Assembly: GCA_031372065.1 (NCBI GenBank)
Contig: JANMKN010000033.1
Location: forward strand, 1 to 13,463
Source of the DNA: Abditibacteriaceae bacterium
GTDB lineage: Bacteria > Armatimonadota > Abditibacteriia > Abditibacteriales > Abditibacteriaceae
Direction: 5' to 3'
Length of the DNA: 13,463 nucleotides
How positions within the stretch are numbered: position 1 is the first letter of the stretch; every line of letters begins with the position of its first letter. This document shows, piece by piece, positions 8,205 to 13,463 of this stretch. The position numbers and the translations under genes were made by a program. The notes under the pieces were generated by a model. That model had not been told where the DNA came from. It did no database searches and saw only the letters and a program-made list of their open reading frames with translations.

Positions 8205-8285
8205 TCCCACACCTTGTAATGGGGAAAATTTGAATTCCATCAACAACATGGCGTTCGTAGAAAGTAATTGCGTTCACTCCGCCAT

Positions 8286-8981
8286 TTACGGCTTGGTTGT
8301 CACGCTGACGACATCGCTCCACTCGCCGACTTGGTCGTCTTTGAGCAAATAGCGCAGGCGGTATTCGCGCACTTCGGGTTGGCCCGCCGTGGCATTGTCG
8401 CGGGTGTCCACAAAGGGGCTGAAATGGTCAATGCCCAGCGCTGTCCACGTTGCCGAGCCGGGCGCGCGGCCTTCGATGACAACGCCATCAAAGGCGCCTT
8501 TGACCCATTTCAGTCGCACTTCGCCAGAAGGCAAGGCGGTGGCGGTGAACGTCGGTTTAGCCGTGGTCGGATCAATTTCCTCGTCGGTGCCGATGATCCA
8601 TAAATCGGTGCCGATGGCTTCGGTGTAGTTCGCGGCGCTCTTTATGCGTTGCACCAAAGCACGCGTGCGCGGCCAAATGCCAGCCGGCACCGTTGTCGGG
8701 GCCGCTGAAAGCGTCGGCAGCGCAGGCGGCGCGCCCGTAGGGGTGCCAATCGGCCCGTTGGCGATCAAGTTTTTGTAAGTCCTTTGCGCCTGCGCCGCCG
8801 TGGTGACCGCAGACACGCGTTGCGTCACCAGATGGATGAACATCGCACCATCGCCCAAGGCGACGGCGATTTCTGCGGCGGTCAGGTCGAGCGCGGTTTG
8901 ATAGCCGGTTATTTTGGGCATGAAGTTCTGCCACCAATTCACGCGCTCGCCATCGGATTTGGGAAGGTAATTCTTGAGCAT
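8286..8981 (-). CDS. Hypothetical protein, 231 aa: N-terminal helical region plus C-terminal FN3/Ig-like beta domain, no signal peptide
   Basis: Protein-like ORF: YLPKSDGERVNWWQNF...RIKSAANYTEAIGTDLWIIG, then alternating beta pattern VRLKWVKG..DGVVIEGR.....W..LGID..SPFVDTR.....EVREYRLRYL..DDQVGEWSDVVSVT. The fold is inferred from the pattern only. Confidence 0.85.
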   Translation of the reverse strand: MLKNYLPKSDGERVNWWQNFMPKITGYQTALDLTAAEIAVALGDGAMFIHLVTQRVSAVTTAAQAQRTYKNLIANGPIGTPTGAPPALPTLSAAPTTVPAGIWPRTRALVQRIKSAANYTEAIGTDLWIIGTDEEIDPTTAKPTFTATALPSGEVRLKWVKGAFDGVVIEGRAPGSATWTALGIDHFSPFVDTRDNATAGQPEVREYRLRYLLKDDQVGEWSDVVSVTTKP

Positions 8982-9526
8982 AATCGTTTGTTTCCAATCA
9001 AAGGTCGGGAAAAGTAGGTCGTTATCCGCTGCGATAAATCACGGCACAGCAGGAGCAAGTCGTGGGGCGGCTCCGCTAAGTGACTCAGCGGAGCCGCCGG
9101 GCAGGTCGGCGGGCGCGCCGAATCGTTTGGCGGACGCGCTAAGTGATTGGGCGGGGCCGCCAGACTACTCGGCGGGGCTGCCAGACTACTCGGCGGGGCC
9201 GCCAGACTGTTCGGCGCGCCTGCCAGACTGTTCGGCGGAGCCGCCAGACCGTTCGGCGGGGCCGCCAGACTACTGGGCGGCGCCGCCCAATCACTTAGCG
9301 CGTCCGACAATTCATTCGGCGGCGCGATGGGCAGGTCGAGGGAACGGCAGATTAAAGGTGGAACGGAGAAATTGTGAGTTGGGATTCGTTTTGGCGCTGT
9401 TTTGGCGTCGGCGCAGTCGTAGCGTTTATTCACTGACGGCTTCTCAGAGCTACCAAACGTGAAAAAGCGGGCCGCAGTATAGGGCCGAAAAGAGAATACG
9501 TTGAAAAATAAGCCCTGAATACGCAT
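8939..9526 (-). CDS. Doubtful ORF through the repeat array, encoding (AAPPxSL)n heptads
   Basis: Open frame with several synonymous-looking unit differences (GCG/GCA, GCC/GCT, CCG/CCC/CCA). Against it: no SD, 43-nt overlap with the downstream gene, and GC-rich repeats are often open by chance. Confidence 0.25.
   Translation of the reverse strand: MRIQGLFFNVFSFRPYTAARFFTFGSSEKPSVNKRYDCADAKTAPKRIPTHNFSVPPLICRSLDLPIAPPNELSDALSDWAAPPSSLAAPPNGLAAPPNSLAGAPNSLAAPPSSLAAPPSSLAAPPNHLARPPNDSARPPTCPAAPLSHLAEPPHDLLLLCRDLSQRITTYFSRPLIGNKRLCSRITFPNPMASA
9066..9338. repeat. Tandem array of about 13 x 21-bp units: quasi-palindromic 12-bp box (GGCGG-NN-CCGCC) + 9-bp variable spacer
   Basis: Boxes start at 9066, 9087, 9108, 9129, 9150, 9171, 9192, 9213, 9234, 9255, 9276, 9297, 9318 (exact 21-bp period; last unit degenerate). 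Core unit GGCGGGGCCGCC-AGACTACTC. Confidence 0.92.
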
Positions 9527-9678
9527 AGCGATACCCAGAAATAAACAAGAACTGACACAAAATAAAATTGGCTACTTCGATTTTTACAAAAAATAATAAA
9601 ATGTCAAGATGCTTGATTCCTAAGAAACGACAGGGGCTTGCTATTCGGAAACTTGGGTAACGCTCTACTTATGCCAAA

Positions 9679-9707
9679 TTGCGAAATCGTTTGGCTTGAC
9701 TTAAAAT
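9679..9707 (+). promoter_or_regulatory. Sigma70-type promoter for tRNA-Gly
   Basis: TTGCGA (9679-9684), 17-bp spacer, TAAAAT (9702-9707), 20 nt upstream of the tRNA. Confidence 0.6.
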
Positions 9708-9727
9708 GAATAAGCGCCAGCCCAGAC

Positions 9728-9800
9728 GCGGAAGTAGCTCAGTTGGCAGAGCGCGAGCTTCCCAAGCTTGAGGTCGCGGGTTCGACCCCCGTCTTCCGCT
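9728..9800 (+). tRNA. tRNA-Gly (anticodon CCC), CCA not encoded
   Basis: Cloverleaf: acceptor GCGGAAG/CTTCCGC, D arm GCTC/GAGC, anticodon stem CGAGC/GCTTG with loop TT-CCC-AA (anticodon 9761-9763), T arm GCGGG-TTCGACC-CCCGT, discriminator T. Confidence 0.97.
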
Positions 9801-9826
9801 TTAGTCGTTCTATAGCAGTGCCCCTA

Positions 9827-9864
9827 ACGGCGCCCCGACTTTCCCTCCTCAGTCGGGGCGCCGT
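9827..9864 (+). terminator. Strong hairpin downstream of the tRNA (terminator-like, weak U tract)
   Basis: ACGGCGCCCCGACT-TTCCCTCCTC-AGTCGGGGCGCCGT is a perfect 14-bp stem, followed by GTCATTT. Confidence 0.6.
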
Positions 9865-9984
9865 GTCATTTGAATCAGACGATTTCCCGAAAAAGGCGCC
9901 GCAGCTTGCAACAAGACTGCCAAATAGTGAAAATAAATAAGGTTGTTTTGACAGGTCGTTTTCTGAAAGTTGAGCGTGTTAATT

Positions 9985-11379
9985 ATGAGGGCAAGTGCCG
10001 GGCAGCGCGCTTATCAGCGCGAGGAAATGGGCCTCAAGATGCGGCGCCCGCCGGAAGAATACGTTGGGCTATTGTCGCAAACCGAGCAGGAATTTCGCTC
10101 TTACATTCATTCGTTTGAGGATTCGCCACTGTTCGACAAGCTGGTCAAAGACGGCATGATCTCCAAAGTGCGTCTGCGTGGCAAGATTCCGCGCGGCAAA
10201 TATGAGGAGTTCATGGATGAGCAGCTTTTCCAGTTTTTCCGCGATTATAAAATCGAAAGTTTCGACGGTTGGGAGCAGGATTTCCTTTCGCCGCACGCGT
10301 TAGAGCGCGTTGAGGAAATCGCCGCCAAATACCATGCGCCCGCCGGAATTTTGACCAAGCATTTGCGTTATTTGCGCTCATCGGGGCGCGGCACCATTCC
10401 CGATTGGATGCTTTCGCGGCCCTCGGCGCCTTCCGATGGCCCCGGCTTTGACCGCATCGAAAATACCGCTGCGGATTCGACGGTTGACCTCAGCGAAATC
10501 ATCGAAACCACGCGCGATTTCGTGGAGCGTTATAGTGTCAGCGAGCAAGATTTTTTAGATATGGTGCTCGGCGGCGATTCCACGCCCGATGAATTGTCCG
10601 AAAAATTCGGTTGCTCGTTGGCCGAAGCGCAGGAAGTTCTCGAAGCGGCTGACCGCGTTTATATGGCGGACACCTACGAAGCCTCCAGCGCCGCGCCCGC
10701 GCAACACGCCAGAGCGGGCGCCAGCGCCGCGCAACAAAGCGAAGAAGCAGTGGCGTTTGTGCAGGTTTTGGACGGGCAATTAGCCATTCAATTTCATCAG
10801 GAATCGGTTTATGCGCAGCGTTATCGCATCAAGCCCAACGCGCTCAAAGAATTAAAAACCGATCCCAATTTGCCCGCATTGGCGCGCGATGTTTTATCGC
10901 GGGCGCGCTTTATTAATCAACGCTTGTCGGCGCTGTCGCGGCTGATTATGACGCTTTGTTCGCAGCAGATGGAATACCTCGGCACCGGCGACATGAAGCA
11001 ATTGAAGCCTCTGGCGCAAGCCGAACTCGCGCGGCAATTGGGTGAGCATCCCTCCACGGTTTCACGCCTGATTCGCAACAAAAACATAGAAACGCCTTAT
11101 GGAGTCATTCCTCTTTTGTTTTTGTGCCAAAGCAAAACCGATGTCGTGGCGCGGTTAATTGCGCAGTTTCCCAAACTGACCGATTATCAGGTCGTTATTC
11201 GCCTGCGCGAAGATTTCGACTGCCAAATCGCGCGGCGCACGGTGGCCTATCATCGCGGCAAGCGTTTGCGCCGCAACAAAGTGCATAAACCGCGCGATGG
11301 CGCCGCAAACCCAGCAAATGAGCCGAAAAAAAGCGCGCCGCGTGGTCGGCCTCGCAAGAACGCTCAAAAAGAATCATAA
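9985..11379 (+). CDS. rpoN: Divergent RNA polymerase sigma-54 (RpoN)-like factor, about 464 aa
   Basis: C-terminal LKPLAQAELARQLGEHPSTVSRLIRNKNIETPYGVIPL (sigma-54 HTH), LTDYQV and ARRTVAYHR (RpoN box variant). N-terminal LLSQTEQEFRSYIHSFEDSPLF resembles the region I end (LLQL...EL...LE.NPLL). First ATG at 9985; the track starts at TTG 9970. Confidence 0.8.
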   Translation: MRASAGQRAYQREEMGLKMRRPPEEYVGLLSQTEQEFRSYIHSFEDSPLFDKLVKDGMISKVRLRGKIPRGKYEEFMDEQLFQFFRDYKIESFDGWEQDFLSPHALERVEEIAAKYHAPAGILTKHLRYLRSSGRGTIPDWMLSRPSAPSDGPGFDRIENTAADSTVDLSEIIETTRDFVERYSVSEQDFLDMVLGGDSTPDELSEKFGCSLAEAQEVLEAADRVYMADTYEASSAAPAQHARAGASAAQQSEEAVAFVQVLDGQLAIQFHQESVYAQRYRIKPNALKELKTDPNLPALARDVLSRARFINQRLSALSRLIMTLCSQQMEYLGTGDMKQLKPLAQAELARQLGEHPSTVSRLIRNKNIETPYGVIPLLFLCQSKTDVVARLIAQFPKLTDYQVVIRLREDFDCQIARRTVAYHRGKRLRRNKVHKPRDGAANPANEPKKSAPRGRPRKNAQKES

Positions 11380-11435
11380 GAAGAGCGGTAGCAACCAAAT
11401 CGAATCCACGATTCAAACTATCGTTCGAGATAATC

Positions 11436-13463
11436 ATGAAGTTTTTTAGCCCGTCAGTGCCTCGCAACGTGCCTCGCAACGCGACTCACCTCGCCGCGCG
11501 TCTGCTCGTTTTCCTTTTCTGTTTTGTTGTCCCGCTTCAGGCGCAGGAAAACGACGGCATCATCACCAACGCGCTCGCTGTTGATTTGGCGCCGCTGCAA
11601 CGCTTGAACAATTTGCTGTCGCAAGGAGTGGCGGCGCGCGATGCCAATACGCTGCAAATGTTTGGCGTTGGTGAAGAAGCGCGTCAATATCCGCTCTTGC
11701 AGGCGCGCACCAAAATCACGCACGCTGCAGTGCTACCCACAGGCGCTTTAGTGCGACAGCAATATGCCATTTTCGGCGGCGCCGGGGAAGCGGTAACTTT
11801 GGCTTCTGGCACCCATGATTTGTGGCTGACGCGCTTGAAAGATGGCACTTACGCCATTACGCCAAGGCACTGGGCGCCGCCCGCCGATGCCGTGACTGCC
11901 CTTAGCGAAGCGGCAGACGAAGAATGGAAAATCAACTCGCAAGCGACGCTCAACAGCAATGTGCCAACAGGGATTTTGCATCTGGTGGCCGAACGGCGCG
12001 GCGAGCGTTGGATTGCCTTGCGGCGTTCGCGCTGGAACGGCATTTTGTATGACGGCGATCAATTGGCGCAGAGCGCGGTGCGCGCCGCACGATTGAACGC
12101 CAATCCGCAAGATGTGAGTTTGTGGATGGCCGCGCAAATGAAATCGCTGGAAGCGCGCGGCGCGGGCACGGCGCATTTTGTATTTCAAGCCGGACGGCGC
12201 GGCTGGATTGGCGTGGGCGCGGCCTTCGATGCCAACCAAAATCTGTCCAAGGACGATGCTCAAGAAGTCGCCAAACTGCGCAAAGGCATGGAAGGCGCAG
12301 GCTACCTTTTGCCCGCTTTGCATCGCGATTTCGGCAACGCTTTAGCGAAAATGGGCTTGATGGGAGAAGCTGCGGACGAATTGGAAAAAGCCGAAGTTTT
12401 GCAGCCCGGAATCGTTGGCACGGCGCGTCTGGCACAAGCTACGCAAGCACGTTCGGACGACCCGCAGCCACAAGCGGCTTTGCAAATGCAACACGAGGCC
12501 ACGGTTGGTTTGGACGCCGAGCATCCGGTTTACATCATCAACGCGCTGATGAAAGAGCGGCCTCAGCCGCAAACGCCGTTGCAGGCTTTGCGCTTGGGTT
12601 TGGAATATGCGAAATTGGCCGACGATGATAATTCGCTGAAATACCTGCGTTTGGCCGAACAAATGGTCAACGATGGCGGCTTGGCGAATTCGACAGCGGG
12701 CGAAGTGGGCTGGGCCGATGTGTTACACGAGCATTTGAAAGAGCGCGAAGAAATGCGCGCCGTCAAACCGAACAACATCGTGCGCTCGGCGCTTTTCACA
12801 GTGCGCTGCACCTTGAACGACCCCAAAGCCGTTGAAGTCTTGGCCGCGCTCGAAACGGCGCAGCACACGGTTTATTCGGGCTTTGGCATTCCGATGGGCA
12901 ACACCGAAGTGCTGGTTTGGCAAACGCAAACGCAGTTTCAACGCTACACCACCCGCTTCGCGCCGCAAGGCGCCAACGAATTTGTGGCGGCGCTGACCTT
13001 AACCAAACTGATTTCCACACAAACTGGCCCAATGGTTTTGGGCGAAGAAGTCAACGTGTTCAACGATGAGCGCGCGAATATGTTTTCGACGATTCCGCAT
13101 GAATACGGTCACGTCGCGGTGCGCCAACTGAGCCGGGGCCGCACGGTGCCGGTGTGGATGAACGAAGGCATCGCGACGGCTGTCGAAGGCGGCTACGATG
13201 GCTATTTGGAGCGCGTTCGCAAATATGCGGCAGCGCGGCGCCTTTTGACATGGCCGGAAATCAAAGAATGGAATGTAGACGGCGAACGCGCTTTTTTGGC
13301 GTATTCACAAGCCAATTCGATGATTGATTTCATGGTAGCCACAGGGGGCCGCGATTCGGTCTTGCAAATTCTGCGGCTTATCGGACAAGACGTGCCGCCT
13401 GAAGCCGCCATTCAACAAGTTTTGAAAGCCTCGTCCGCCGACCTGTGGGCACAATGGGCGAGA
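11436..13463 (+). CDS. Secreted zinc metallopeptidase, gluzincin / peptidase MA-like, with TPR-like helical middle region; 3' end runs off the window
   Basis: Not in the ORF track. Manual translation from ATG 11436 (MKFFSPSVPRNVPRNATHLAARLLVFLFCFVVPLQAQEND...) stays open. In-frame HEYGH at 13098-13112 is followed by VPVWMNEGIA (Glu codon at 13164). LHRDFGNALAKMGLMGEAADELEKAEVLQP is TPR-like. Confidence 0.88.
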   Translation, partial: MKFFSPSVPRNVPRNATHLAARLLVFLFCFVVPLQAQENDGIITNALAVDLAPLQRLNNLLSQGVAARDANTLQMFGVGEEARQYPLLQARTKITHAAVLPTGALVRQQYAIFGGAGEAVTLASGTHDLWLTRLKDGTYAITPRHWAPPADAVTALSEAADEEWKINSQATLNSNVPTGILHLVAERRGERWIALRRSRWNGILYDGDQLAQSAVRAARLNANPQDVSLWMAAQMKSLEARGAGTAHFVFQAGRRGWIGVGAAFDANQNLSKDDAQEVAKLRKGMEGAGYLLPALHRDFGNALAKMGLMGEAADELEKAEVLQPGIVGTARLAQATQARSDDPQPQAALQMQHEATVGLDAEHPVYIINALMKERPQPQTPLQALRLGLEYAKLADDDNSLKYLRLAEQMVNDGGLANSTAGEVGWADVLHEHLKEREEMRAVKPNNIVRSALFTVRCTLNDPKAVEVLAALETAQHTVYSGFGIPMGNTEVLVWQTQTQFQRYTTRFAPQGANEFVAALTLTKLISTQTGPMVLGEEVNVFNDERANMFSTIPHEYGHVAVRQLSRGRTVPVWMNEGIATAVEGGYDGYLERVRKYAAARRLLTWPEIKEWNVDGERAFLAYSQANSMIDFMVATGGRDSVLQILRLIGQDVPPEAAIQQVLKASSADLWAQWAR
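11457..11480 (+). repeat. Exact 12-bp in-frame tandem duplication (GTGCCTCGCAAC)x2 = VPRN VPRN in the signal peptide n-region
   Basis: Read directly at 11457-11468 and 11469-11480. Confidence 0.8.

Noticed and set aside
9150..9276. REP/BIME interpretation (GTAG occurs on the minus strand of some spacers)
   Set aside because: GTAG is present in only three units, does not directly abut the hairpin, the palindrome has only a 2-nt centre, and no RAYT transposase is visible. Not fully excluded without a genome-wide search.
9066..9338. CRISPR array interpretation of the repeat/spacer pattern
   Set aside because: Repeats are 12 bp and spacers 9 bp (far too short), spacers recur, and no cas genes are in the window.
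8974..9462. Plus-strand ORFs through the array (162 aa AGPPDYS frame; 76 aa GGAARLL frame)
   Set aside because: Non-ATG starts without SD. Openness is explained by GC-rich repeats of 21-nt period.
9728..9800. tRNA-Gly as an integration site for a genomic island
   Set aside because: No integrase, and I saw no duplicate of the tRNA 3' end in the window.
9893..9911. Sigma-54 -24/-12-like sequence GGCGCCGCAGCTTGCA upstream of the rpoN-like gene
   Set aside because: GG-to-GC spacing is 11 nt rather than the strict 10 nt.
9743..9940. 65-aa ORF MAERELPKLEVAGSTP...
   Set aside because: Translation of the tRNA gene and its downstream hairpin.
11454..13411. Numerous short ORFs on the minus strand and alternative frames
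   Set aside because: Shadows of the long plus-strand peptidase ORF starting at 11436.

Overview
Bacterial chromosomal window with no recognisable mobile element. Left to right: (1) a minus-strand redox/quinone-detoxification operon (thioredoxin -> MhqO/MhqE-like ring-cleaving dioxygenase -> MhqD-like carboxylesterase, partial), divergent from a RexT-like ArsR regulator with vicinal Cys40-Cys41 and two operator-like palindromes in between; (2) minus-strand genes for exported proteins (unknown secreted protein, WD40 protein, six-Calx-beta protein, Tat lipoprotein of the beta-lactamase/serine hydrolase family); (3) a cytoplasmic helical + FN3-like hypothetical gene directly preceded by an unusual array of about 13 x 21-bp units, each a quasi-palindromic 12-bp box plus a 9-bp variable spacer, with units in both orientations; (4) tRNA-Gly(CCC) with a promoter and downstream hairpin; (5) a strongly divergent sigma-54-like protein with an altered RpoN box and a C-terminal AT-hook; (6) a partial secreted gluzincin (peptidase MA-like) metalloprotease that the ORF track misses. 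The best candidates for something undescribed are the palindromic 21-bp array with its adjacent gene, and the atypical sigma-54. All family assignments come from motif recognition and recall, not database searches.
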